From Paraphysomonas bandaiensis (lineage: Eukaryota > Protista > Chrysophyceae), in assembly GCA_965644295.1 (NCBI GenBank), contig CBFFRP010000380.1:124001-188000 (forward strand): 64,000 nt of DNA, given 5' to 3'. Shown here one piece after another: positions 49,899 through 62,900 of the stretch. The translations under genes were made by a program, and so were the position numbers. Under the pieces are notes generated by a model. It was not told where the DNA came from and searched no databases. It worked only from the letters and a program-made list of their open reading frames with translations. Position 1 is the stretch's first letter; the number at the start of each line of letters is the position of its first letter.

Positions 49899-52507
49899 AT
49901 GGACGCAAGTGGTACATATACTTACATGATAACTGTGATTCTGATGTCCTCTATAGGTATATGGAAAGAGCACTGGTTGCCTCTAGACTCCACACTGGGC
50001 TTGTTTTTTGTTCAGGCAATAGCTGATCACTATCTGTGTATCCACTAATATCTTTAACTATAGAGTGCTCTTATTATTGTTGTTACCCGAACCCTTTCCC
50101 TTACAGCTAACATACTCAAGCAACCTAAAGTGATATTTGAGATCATTGGTGGAATATTCTTAGGCCCCTCTGTTCTAGGACATTATGAAGCTTATCTAAG
50201 GACACTATTTCCTGGTGAATCAATGGTGTACTTGGAATTTATCGCCGATATTGGTTTGGTGTTGTATCTCTTTCTTGTGGGGATCGAAATTGACGCTTCC
50301 AAGCTCATACGTCATCACAAGGTCATAGACACCTTAGTATATATCCATTATGCCTTTACAGTACTTTTTTAGAAAGCCTGGACAGTTGCCTTCAGTGGTA
50401 TTGTAGTTCCTTTTGGCGCCGCTTTAATTATATGTCCGTCTCTCTACACAACGTTTTTGGTGGCCGATGAAAACTATAGTCATGTGCAATACTGGACGTT
50501 TACTATGTTCATCGCAACCTCTATATCGGTCACGGCTTTTCCAGTGCTGGCTCGTATTCTTAAGGAGAAAGGGATCATGCAGACTGAAGTAGGTGTCATT
50601 TCTTTGGGGGCAGGTATGAATACATTTGTAGGAGTGCATGAAATCATGCATTATTATCAACAGCTGCGGTGGAGGAAGTGATATCATGGGTCCTTGTCAT
50701 TCTTGCTGTTTCGATTGCCAACGCTGGAAATATGTTATCTGCATTATTTGTTCTATTCCGCGTCCTCGTATTTTCGCTAATTTTACTCTATCCTATCAGA
50801 AGAGGATTTCAACGGTTGGTTGGGTATGTTGAAAATGGAGGATCTCTTCGGTCAGTGAAATATCGCGAACATCTCTTTGCTGCCACTGTAGTATTGGTTA
50901 TGTTGTCGTCATGGTTAACAGAGCTGCTTGGTGTACATGCAATATTCGGATCGTTTTTATTGGGTTTAGTTGTTCCCCGCAAGACACGGCTATGGCGGGA
51001 CTGCACGGACCGTATCGAAGGCGTTGTGCATGTTGTATTTCTTCCATTGTACTTCGCTATGTCTGGTCTGAAGACGGATATCGCTAAAATTGATAGTATG
51101 GATATGTTTCGATCCCTTTTAGTGGTGTGTGGAGTGGCATGTATGAGCAAATTAGTCGCTTGTGGTGTTCCAGCATGGTTGCATGGCCTATCACTCCGCC
51201 GGGCAGCTGTCGTTGGGGTGCTGATGAATACTCGCGGTCTTATGGAGCTCATTGTTCTTAACCTTGGGATAGAGTGCGGCGTGCTAAATGTGCGTGTATT
51301 TACTATCATGATATTTATGACCGTCTTCACCACCATACTTACATCACCGGCCGTGGAATGTCTATTCCCAGAGCGATCTCGGGGGCTATCTGCAGTGAGC
51401 ACCGATGATGGTGAGGATAGTGGTGATGAAACCACTGATGACCTGGAAATTCTGAGACCGAGTCACGGGATTGATTGGTCTTGCCGAATTAGTCGGATAT
51501 CTGTACTAGTGGAGAGCACGTTAGATTTGGTTGATTATTTAAATGTGCTTCTACTTTTGTCACCGACTGTGTCACCCTACGTCGCTCACATGACCGCCCT
51601 AAGTCCTCCAGAGCTCTTAGCAGGAGCTAGTGCCCGACCTGTAGACACTGGCTCCTTATCAGATGTGGAAGTGCACGCGACCACCGTATCTTCGGTGTGC
51701 GAGGTGATCCCTGAGCAGACACCACGCTCGGAGTCACGAGAGCTACATGCAGTTCTCAGTGCTGTCGGAACTAAGCTCAAAATACTTTCTGCAGATTTAA
51801 CCAGCCGAGCACTTAGTAACAGTGCCAACCTCTTCGCAGCATTCAATATGCCGCAGCTTGTTCTCATTCCCTGGAACACCATTGCAGCATCTCAGAGTTA
51901 CTTTCACAGTGTGTTGTTGACTTCTCCGGCCCCAACGGCCTTCATCTGTCAGAATGGTGCACTAACCCCTAGTGGTCGTAACACGAATTCTATTCGCGAG
52001 GCTTTAGTGTTCATATGCGGCTCATCAAGTGATGCGTTTGTCCTCAGTGTGGTGCAGTACATTGCGTTTCATCATCCGACACTTGTTGTAAGCATATCTG
52101 TTTACCGTTACTGTGTAGGGACTGTTTTTGATGACAGAGTAGAGATGCTACTGGAGCGCTTGCATGGTATGATACAGGCCGGTCTTTTACCGCGAGTGTT
52201 CTTGCGGGAGTCTTCGAGGATAGGAACAGTGGCTGGCGTATGTGCGCTGGAGATGCGCCGCAGTTCACACGATTTGGTTATTTGTGGATATGCTCCTCCT
52301 CCAATTCTAAATCGAATTTCTAATCCTCTTAGGGGAGATAACAAAACCGTTAAAGCTGAAAGTGATACTTCCGAATCCCAGCCGCAATGTTCACTGCTTG
52401 GGTCAGCTGGGGATACGTTACATGATTCCGGCGCTTCCTGCCTAATGGTTGTCCATAGACCATTCAGTCTTCATAGTGTTCGTCAGAGAAATGGTGATAG
52501 TAAATAG
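49899..52507 (+). CDS. Cation/H+ antiporter, CPA2 family (KHA1/CHX-like), multi-exon
   Basis: LFFVQ, KQPKVIFEIIGGIFLGPSVLG, LYLFLVGIEID, SVTAFPVLARIL, GVHAIFGSFLLGL, FLPLYFAMSGLKTD, GVLMNTRGLMELIVLNLG. Confidence 0.92.
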
Positions 52508-53656
52508 GATGATGTACTAGAATCATGTTTTTGTAGAGAATAGTACTGTGCTTAAATCATTTATATGTGTACTCAGATTCTGATTCAATACACGTAGGTT
52601 TCTTTTATACCTTGTACTATGTAGCCATATCGATGTTATATGTAAAATCCAAAAGTCATATTGTTACTATAACTTCGCTGCTATTACTGAAATATTACCA
52701 AGCGCTATTAGCTCCCACAATAGAAAAGTAGACAATCTTTAAGAACTATTGAGGTATACTACGTGTTTCCGACACTAGGTGTAATTGAAACGGCGTGGAT
52801 GATTAATGCTAAGAAATTTCTTTATATAATCTTTACTTTTAGTAATATTTATAGTTAAAATTGCACAGATTATAATTGCATAGATTTTTTAAACTTGAAT
52901 TGTATTTTACCACTGGCTAGAAAACACGGTCTACAGTTCATTTCCGCTGTGGCTATTGGTTGTATCTCACCCTTTAAGTGACATTACAGAAACAGCAAGC
53001 TAATAAACTTGGTTCGGTTGAACAGTTTCTCAACGGCACTTGGCAGAGATTCTATACAATACGTACTGCATTTTTTCGGTTCATACTTATTCAGTCTTCC
53101 TTTTTATTTGAAATATGCTCCCTCAGAATAACACAACAGCATATACAGACCCCTTTAAGCTAAATCATAATTATGTTGGAGGATTTCAAGTGTGCTGCTG
53201 GTAACCTGAAGTGAACTGAAGTGTTGTGATGTCTGTTAGATCATCTTTGACATCTAGAGTGGGATGTGTATTGTAAACATTGATCGGGTTGATGAACTTG
53301 TGGATCATATTTAGACAGATACATTAAACTAGAGGTGTGTGAGAGTTATGGTGGATGGGATGTGTCTCCGGAGGTATGTAGTACGCCACTGTACCGCATG
53401 TGCAGTGTAGGGATAGAGGAGAGTATGTGATAGACTCTGTTGCAATGTCCAGTGCATATATCTACATGTACAGTATGGTACAGTGGATATGCAGTATGTA
53501 TATAGTGTGAAGTGGTACTGTGTGCATGCATGTCCTGCCCTGCTGCATTGGAATGATACCCACCCAGGATACGCATCTGTGTATATACAGCAGTGTCATA
53601 CACATGCATACCATACTACAGTCTAATGCAGTATACCCTGTATATATATGGTATAG

Positions 53657-53794
53657 CAGTATTTTTTTGTTCCAAGATGCCTCTAATATTGAGACAACAA
53701 TTATCTGTATTCCAGCCGTAGTTGTATATCAGTAATATAGATTAAATTTACTTCAATTTATTTCCGAAAACGAAGATGCTGACTGCCGATATGC
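53657..53794 (+). repeat. Dispersed ~135 bp repeat, copy 3 of 3
   Basis: Reverse complement of 28991-29129 with scattered substitutions. Confidence 0.9.
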
Positions 53795-53892
53795 CTACAA
53801 CACGAGACGATCTTGCTCTCTACATGTGCATATATATACATATATATTAGCCCTAGTAATCATCTGCTCTCCAAACTATTAACCTTTAAAAA

Positions 53893-54809
53893 ATGAGGAG
53901 AAGAAATGTCGGTGTTGGTGCAATAAAGAGACGACAAGATGAAGCAAAGGCATTCTCTGCAGTGGGTAAGACAATGGAAGCACAGCATATCAGTCATGTA
54001 AAAAACATGATCGATAGCTTTAAAACATCTCTATTGGTGAGGTTACTCGATGAGACTGATCCAGTATGTATGAATGATGTATTGATATACAGGAATTTGC
54101 AAGTAAACACAGAGATCGTATCAATGCGGATCCAGAGTTCAGACATCAGTTTCATGTGATGTGTACCAGTACTGGAGTTGATCCTCTTGCATCGAATAAG
54201 GGATTCTGGTCTGACCTGTTGGGGGTTGGGGACTTTTACTATGAACTTGGTGTTCAGATTATTCAGATATGCTTACAGACTCGTTCTACTAATGGTGGTA
54301 TTATATCGATTAAAGAGCTATTTGATACTATCCGCGCTTCCCCGGGTCGAAGTAAACAGCATTTATCAAAAGAAGATATCAAGCGCGCTATTGAACGTAT
54401 ATCTATTCTAGGAAATGGTCTCAAGATGATCGAGGTGCATCTGCATGTTATTTGTTTGGTTTGAGTTGCCTTATGACTTTGTTTATACTAGGTATCCGGC
54501 CGAACCATGGTAGTGTCAACACCTATGGAGCTCAATAATGACCACGAGCATGTATTTACAATAGCCAGTGAGCAAGGATACGTATCTGAAGAAATGTTAG
54601 TCAGTCAGTATGGGTGGTCGCGGGAGCGGTTCTACGGTGTCATAAACGTTCTAGCTCAGGAAGGTGTGGTGTGGATAGATGCCCATGGTAGAAAAGGTAA
54701 ATGCATGTCTTTGAATCAATTTCTGTAGTCATTTTGGTTGTCGTATACAGCGCAGCATAGATATTACTTCCCGAGTATATGGAAAGATTCATGTGCAGAC
54801 CCATTCTAG
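53893..54809 (+). CDS. SNF8: ESCRT-II subunit VPS22/SNF8 (EAP30), 4 exons
   Basis: MRRRNVGVGAI, EFASKHRDRINADPEFRHQFHVMC..GVDPLASNKGFWSDLLGVGDFYYELGVQI, STPMELNNDH, EGVVWID, YYFPS. Confidence 0.96.
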
Positions 54810-55371
54810 ACAGTTAGGTGCATGTGTATAGAATGTGCTTCGGTGGAATTCAATTATTTATGTATCCCCATCATACTGTTGCAATGTACTACTATTATTA
54901 TTATAAAATTATGCGACACTGTGTAGTAATTAGTAATAGAGAAGAAGTAGTAGTAATGAGAAATAAGAACTGCACATAAGAAATAATTGCTGTTACGCAC
55001 TTCTCAGCTTCTCAGAACTTGACAGGTAGATAGCAGGTAGCAGCGAGTGCTTGTCTAAAAGTCGCGCATGTAAATGTTGGCTGAATATTACTGGATTAAT
55101 ACATTGCAGAAGTAATATTTAAGTCAGAAAACTGCCAAAATTTGGAAGAAAAAAATCCAACCAGATGTTCATCCTGTGCAGTATGTGTACAATGTAAAGC
55201 GCTTGGTATAATTACAACTATTTAAGGAAGACTATATCCGAGAATAAATCTAAATTTCAGTGTGGCAAAGTTTAAAGTTTTCGTAGTAAAGGTGATGTCG
55301 AGAGTGGCATATGAACAACAAGGGAAGCATATGCGCCACCACGAAACCGGAATATCGGAATATATAAACAC

Positions 55372-56611
55372 TTATTGAGTTTTGGTATCAGCGTAGTACT
55401 CAACTTCCGATGGTGTGATAAGTCTAATTGACCAACCAAAAATTTTTTCGAAGAGGCAGAGAGATGGGCCAAAGAGATTACGTGTCATAGACAGGAGTCT
55501 ATTGTCTTCGAACACATAAGGTTCATGGATATCTGTGTTATTTAAATTCCTTATTTTGATTCCTTTTTTCGATACGTTTCGCCTTTTTGACCGGGCCAGT
55601 TCGGTATCATTCTGAACAAATGTAAAGTTGTCTGAGTCCACGGGGCTTGACACTTTGATCATTGTGTTCACGGACGTCCCGAGTAGCACATCTACAGGGA
55701 AATCGTAATGTGGAAGCTGTAGAAAGTCTTCTACTCGACGCATTGTGATGTTCGGGAAGTGCTCCAAATCATAGTGGTCCAGCACAAGTAGATTATTACG
55801 AAATGCATTTTTCCAATGCAGCAGCACTTCACCATACATGAACCCATTCATCGGGAACAGAGAAGTCACGTGTGCAATGGAGCGCTCAGAAAATCTCTTC
55901 CTAGAAACTGGGGTATCTTTACTTAACATTTCCCGCCAGTTTGCCATTACTTTGGGAAATCTCTCCTTTCTCTCCGATCTCTTTGCCATGGTCAGCCAAG
56001 AACCCATTCTCTGCCACGGGTCACGCACCAAAAATATGACTTTAGTGGAGGGGCTATAATGCAGCAAGTTTGCCACGGCGCCCAAATCTCGGTACGCACC
56101 TGATGTACAGTCAATCATCAACTTTCCAGTATCATTCTCATGATTGTCCAGAATTCGTCGTTCAAATGATTGCAACGACAACTTTTCTGGTATTTTTGCA
56201 AACAAATTCATCTCCTTGTGGCGATATGGCTTTATGTCAGGGTGAGCCACCAGCTTGCTGTGATATATAATTGTACTGAATTAGTGCATGGTATCGTTCA
56301 TACCTGCAAAATGATGTTGTCCCACATTTAGAAAACCCACCAACAAACACATAAGGAAAGCACCAGTTACATACTTTCCCTTTTGTTCCTACACAGTTCC
56401 ACTTATAGCACGGCATCTTGGAATCAGTCGACAGTGTAGCCACGGAAAACATAGAAGAAAAGAGACGTGCAAGCGTACTATTTCCATTGAACTGTGGGGG
56501 ATCAACTTTTGGGACCATTTTCCTATTTAATGTGGGATGCTTTGGGCATATATGAGTGAGAATATACATGTGGATAAGTGACATAAATAGAACAGTTCTA
56601 AATAGAATCAT
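55372..56611 (-). CDS. Membrane-anchored sulfotransferase (heparan-sulfate 3-O-/N-sulfotransferase-like P-loop family), 2 exons
   Basis: 5'-PSB motif FVGGFSKCGTTSF, HPDI...KEMNLF, 3'-PB motif KVIFLVRDPWQRMGSW, MRRVEDFLQLP, N-terminal TM anchor. Confidence 0.85.
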
Positions 56612-56950
56612 TGTGATGGTTTCTTACGGTAATTAGTTTGAAGATATGATATAAGATGGGCACATACTTACACAACACATGCATAAGCAAGCTGTCCACA
56701 TGCATCCAGCGGTGATACTCACTGCTGCATGTTTTTACTATAATGAATTTTTATGTACAGGAATTTTTGTACTCCAGCAGGAATATTAAAATAGTAGGAT
56801 TTTAAGAAAAAACAGTCTAATATTAAGAATATATTTCCCAAAATCCTGAAATCAGATAATATTTATAGTATGAAACTCCTCTATAGAAAACAAGGATTGA
56901 ATAAATTCAGGATTTTAGGACATATGTACATATTGTGTCGTAGATTATCA

Positions 56951-57484
56951 TGAGCAAGGATTCGTATCTGAAGAAATGTTAGTCAGTCAGTATGGGTGGT
57001 CGCGGGAGCGGTTCTATGGTTGTCATAAACGTTCTAGTTCAGGAAGGTGTGGTGTGGATAGATGCCCATGGTAGAAAAGGTAAATGCATGTCTTTGAATC
57101 GATTTCTGTAATCGTATACAGCGCAGCATAGATATTACTTCCCGAGTATATGGAAAGATTCTTGTGCAGACCCATTCTAGGCAGTTAGGTGTGGTGTGAT
57201 ATATACGTCGTACTATCGATCGGCAACTACATCTATGCTGTGTTTGGTTATTTTAGTTTCGAGTTTCGATTATAACTCAATGTTGTGCATGTGTATAGAA
57301 TGTGCTTTGGTGGAATTCAATTATTTGTATAGCCCCATCATACTGTTGCAATGTACTACTATTATAAAATTATGCGTTATGCGACACTGTGTAGTAATAG
57401 AGAAGAAGTAGTAGTAATGAGAAATAAGGACTGCACATAAAACGATTGCTGTTACGCACTTCTCAGCTTCTCAGAACTTGACAG
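56951..57484 (+). pseudogene. Duplicated 3' fragment of SNF8 (partial exon, intron, last exon, 3' UTR)
   Basis: Near-identical to 54569-55025. It has a +1 frameshift (CTATGGTTGTC vs CTACGGTGTC), a shortened intron and about 100 extra bases in the UTR, and lacks the 5' part of the gene. Confidence 0.9.
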
Positions 57485-57534
57485 CATACACACTACGCAA
57501 AAAGTATATATTGTCTATTATCTAAATTACTTTA

Positions 57535-59511
57535 TTATAATGCAACCTTCTTCAGTCTATAGTCCAGAAACATAGCAACTACAAACCCAACTACGCATAT
57601 AAATGATGACACAAAAAATATTGATTGAAAACATTTGGAACCTATACATTGATTGCCACTGTTCACATTAGATGGGTGAAAAATTTCCACTAGCCCATAT
57701 GCAATAACATAGGAGCCAACGGCACCTGATAAGCCAAAGAAACCATTATTTGTGGCGACGTGAGTTACGCCGTACATGTCCACCGCATACGCAGCAGCCA
57801 AAACTTTAATAGCCCCATACAAGGCGCCAATACAAAATACTAATATGTAAAAAACTGCCTCAACAGGTATATACAGCGCAAAGCAGAAGTTCACCACTGC
57901 CACAAATAAATTTCCGCATCCAAGCATTTGAACCAACGACAATGTTCCTTTGAAGTATTCCGAGACGTGCCCTATTGATATTCTTCCCAGCGACGAAGAT
58001 ATATTGAGTATAAAAACCAATACTGGGGCGCTAGCGGACACACGTTGGGAAACAGATATAGGTTCGATCAAGTTGATCACTAAAAGGGTGCTCCCATAAA
58101 TGGACGAAAGAATCAGAAACACCACCCAGCATTGATATGTTTGCAACATCTCTACCAACTGCAGAAGCGATTAAAGAAATCCGCAATATATATATCATAA
58201 CGCACGAGTTGTTACCCATGTAGAATGTGTTTGAGGGATATTATCAATTAAATACATTGTATGCATACATCACAAATCAGATATGTATGTCGTAAATGAG
58301 ACGCACCGTAAGGTCTCTTTCGCCTGCCAAGCAGGGATTTTGGCCACTTGGGACATTGCAAGTCTCAGAATTAGCTGACTTATTCTGTGGTTCATTCGAA
58401 ACATCATCGAAAGGCTTAGTGGTAGTGGCGCAGTGTTGGCTATCATTTCCTGTCTCTATTTGAGGTAGTAGCGGCTGTGAAAAACCTTGCTGTGCTTTTT
58501 TAATTCCTTTCTGTCCACATGTAGTACCACTTTTATAGTTGCTATTCTCGTCATTATATCCTATTGACGAGGACTCCTTGTGAATATTACTTTGCCCTTG
58601 GGAACATATCCCTTCCATTCGAATACTGTTACGCTGGTCATCTTCACCTACAATTGACTGGCGGAAACTTCGAGTGTATGCAGAGAAATAAAACGAATAC
58701 GGCAAAAGAGTTATGGTGAACATTGCTGCAATGACCGCGACTCCAACAGTTATCATGGCAGACCTGTTCTTAACTGTTAGAGAGAGCATAACAGCAACTG
58801 TAATGACTGATATGAGAAAATAGAAGTGGGAAAAATAAGGAGAAAGTGATGTCAGTATTCCATTCCTTTGTTCGTAAGCGAAAGATTTCATATCAGTAGG
58901 GAGTTGGTTAATGAATACGCTTGCGCATAACGCACACATCGATATAAAAATAGACGCAAATAGCACAAATCCGGTGTCACGATCATCGTATATAGTTGCT
59001 GCGACTGCTGATAATAGTGCACCGGCAATACCATAGTACGCTTTCGCAAGACTGGCGATCCTTCCCCGTGATTCTGATGGAAACGAATTTAAACTACAGC
59101 TCAGAGTACCTTGTGATATCAACGATCCCCCGACTAGAGCTATAAATATAAACAAACACAAAACTCCAACTGAAGTAGGCATAGCATCATCAACTGATAA
59201 CCACATACAAAATAAACCAATAAATATTAATATAGCAGCAGATTGTATGGCAATACGAGGACCATATGTGTTCACAATATAACCAGTGAATATCCCTGAA
59301 TATGATCCAAGATTACCAAATGATCCAATAAGTGCAATTTCACTAGCAGAATAATTTAATTTATCTTGAAGGACTTTAGAAAATAAACCAAACGATGTCG
59401 CTAGTCCTGTTAGTGTATGCGGTTAGACATCAGTGTGGTTATGTTATGAGGTTTACCAGTAACACCCGCTACAAATAAACATGATGTAAGTATACTCCAT
59501 CTTTCAGACAT
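57535..59511 (-). CDS. MFS transporter, Nodulin-like/NFD4/Mch1 family, 3 exons
   Basis: LQDKLNYSASEIALIGSFGNLG, FPSESRGRIASLAKAYYGIAGA, large central loop, SSLGRISIGHVSE, DMYGVTHVATNNG, CIGSKCFQSIF. Confidence 0.88.
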
Positions 59512-59932
59512 ATCCTTATATGATTAACAGTCTTTATTGTTAAGTTAATTACTGATCATTTGATATGATAGATGAGGAGTGATCTCCCTTAATATACATA
59601 TACATGTACTGCACACTGCACACTGCACACTGCTGCTGTCTGTATCTATAGTATACTCTACAGTACATGTATCTATAATCTATACAGAAATAAGGATATG
59701 ATTTGAAAATCTACCGATATTTCCTCCTAATAATATGAAATTATACTGTTATTGTTACAAAATGCCTGATTTCTATACCCTAAAGTACATATACACATAA
59801 ACTCTACCTTAGACAGTGTATGTATGTATATGTACAGGCCGCAGTCACTCACGTCTATGACACCATACCATAACTAACTCTACCACCTCAATACTATACA
59901 TATACATTCATAGAGTACTTCATCACTATATA

Positions 59933-62900
59933 ATGGGCTTAGCACGCAAAGCCACTATATTTGCAGTGGCATGGTTCTTCATATACGTGACTGTGTACTT
60001 TGTATTTATAGCTCCTAGTTTTCTACCCAAATCTACTAAATACACAGCAGAGTTGCAAATATCTCCACCAAAAATTACAAAACAACAATCAATTAAAGAG
60101 ATTATTACTTTAACTGATCCATTTATACCTGATGCTTGTCCAGATACTGATGTAACTGTTGTGAATGTTGGTGTGATTGTTGTATGTCATGATGAATCTC
60201 CCTCATCCATCATACAAACCGTAAGAGTACACTGAATACAAAAGATAATATTGATTGATGTTATTTTATAGGTGAAGTCTATTTTGGAAAATTCTGGAGC
60301 ATTATCTCCGCAGATAGTAATTGTGGATGATCATTCCACCGTACATGTCAGGTAAGCAGAAGCTTCTAGCTCCAGCATCAGTAAAACATGGTATGTACAG
60401 GGATTGGAGTGAGTGGGGACGTATGGATAAGAATGTGGTAGTAGTTCGTACTTCCCGTCATATAGGGATATCAGAATCAAGAAATGCTGGGCTGAAGACT
60501 CTCGCTGGCAAGGTAGATAGGGCACTGTTATGTATTCGTTGGTTCCATGCCCTTCTTCAATTATATGATCGTGTAGATGAGACGTAGTGTTTATATTACT
60601 TTACAGACTGATGTGGTTGTATTTCTTGATCCTGGAGCTATTGTGAGTAAGGATTGGCTCAGCCCTCTACTGGACACCCTGCAAAGACACCCAAGAGCTG
60701 GTGAGTGTTGTGATGTACCATTTGATTTATGAATTCGTTTACCTGTTTTTTCTAAGTATTCGATTGTTTTATTGTTTTCCGATTTTGTTGTGCTCAATAC
60801 TAGTTGCGTTCACGTAATGTACTAATTGTGTGGTTGTAGTTGTGTACCCTGTAATAGACATCCTTGAAGATCAGTCCGGTACTGTATTGCAAGCTGGAAA
60901 TGTGCTTGCAACATTAGACTGGTCAATGAAGCTTAAATGGGAGGTATTGCGATATACGCTGAATTATTGGCTTTAAATTGAATACTTTGATATAACTTTC
61001 ACTGTCTTGCTGCAATAGGATCTTGACAGTGTAGGGGGTGTCATCAATGACCGTTATCCGCTTCTTCCCGCACATCCCTCGGCATCAGATGAACTTATAT
61101 CGCCCGCTGCGCCCACCGTATTTGCAGTAAATAGCAAGTTTTTGGATGGTGTGTATATCTGATAACTATGGGATTGGTCTGTGATTGGTCGTCGTGAACG
61201 CAGATATCGGAGGACTGCCGACCTCGTCCTTGCTCTCCGCTTGGGGCCCTGATAACATTGAACTTTCACTCCGGTGTGATAAAACTTGTAATTCTATTAT
61301 ATGCTATTGTTGATTTTGTCATATGCTTTATATTGTGTTACTTGTGTGTTGAAACGCAAACTTACCCTGAATTAAAATTGGCAGTGAGTGTTTGTTGTTA
61401 ATGGATATATACATAGTTCTAGCCTCTGTCTTACACTGCCACTAATCAAACTTGTGTTCTCATGTTACAGGGTGTGGTTGTGTACTGATGCCCTTATTAT
61501 ACGCCAGCCGTGTTCCCGTGTTGCCGTTAGACGGTGTATGATCCGGAGTGAGTTACCGGATGGATCACTTGGTGAACATCTTGGTATTTGTCCGGACAGT
61601 GGAACTTTGATGGGCTACACACAGTTTGAGGTACGTATTGCATTTATTGGACGTTAATATCTTCGTTACAGCAATGAGATACGTATATTTTATTTGGGTA
61701 GAATAATTTGTGTATGCGTTTGTTTTCAGGGAGACCGAGATGCTATGTCTATCGCGGAGCTTTGGCTTGGAAAAGACTACAGGCGGCTGGTGTGGCAGCA
61801 GCGCATGCTGAAGCGGTTCCCGTACGAGGTGACACCCAGAGATGACGTTAGACATCCAGACTATATCAGCAAAGCACCTGGAATAGATGTGAATAAGTGT
61901 AATGACTTCAGCTGGTATTTGCAAAAGGTATGTACATGTGTGGTACTTAGGGTTTGTCAATATTCTTTCAGGTGTATCCTGGCCTCTCTGCAGATAGAAT
62001 AGTTGTGAAAGAGCAGTTTGAGAAAAGTGATACACCGGATAACATGAAGCGAGTGTGTAAAAATTCTTCTTTACGTCTGCCTCTTGATGTGTGCTGTAGA
62101 TGCTACTTCCTCTCATCGAGCAATACCGAAAATCTTCTCCGCTGTTGAGAGCTGAAGAAAGTGGCTCGCGAAAGGTCTTTCTAAATTGCGTTGATCGATT
62201 TTTTCGTAAGTTGCTTTGTTAATACAGTTGGTTAAAGCTCCTAGAGTTGTTCCAACCGCACTTGAACTGGTGAGTACTTTGTACGCTCTGACTGTCGAGA
62301 ATTATATGGGCGTATATTTTATTTTTTAACGTGCAGCAAATGGAGGAGGCTGCCAAGAAAGAAGAGAAGCTAAAAGAAAAGATTCGTGATGAGCAACTGT
62401 GTATGAACGTCGATGACAGTGTATGTTATCAGTTTTAGTATTATCGTAGTTACCAGTAACCCATGTCAATCAGAAATGCGAAGATGCAAGAGTCAAAGGA
62501 GAGTGTACTTCAAACCTTGGTATGTTCCTCGCTGAACTCTGAATTAAACTTCTGTGATATTGTTTGTAAAATACATCAGCGAAAACACTCTTTGGTTGCC
62601 CGAAGGCATGTGGATTCTGTTCGGATGATAACAAACTTTGCACCGATTTCTTCCTTGGGAAATGTACGATATCCGTTGTCTATATTTCTCTTATGGAGCA
62701 GTCATATCTGTCTTAGGCCCAAAGTATGCCTCTGAAGGACAGTGCACGGACCCGGAGTCTAAAGAATGGATGGAAATTAATTGTCGCCGATCGTGTAAAT
62801 TCTGCAGGTAGATATACACCACTCTTATATCTGCATCGATTCTATTTTTACGTGAATTTGATGTACTGCCATTGTAAAATCTATACTTTTGAGCTATGCT

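Noticed and set aside
50809-51435. 208-aa minus-strand ORF
   Set aside because: Antisense to the CPA2 antiporter, with no independent features.
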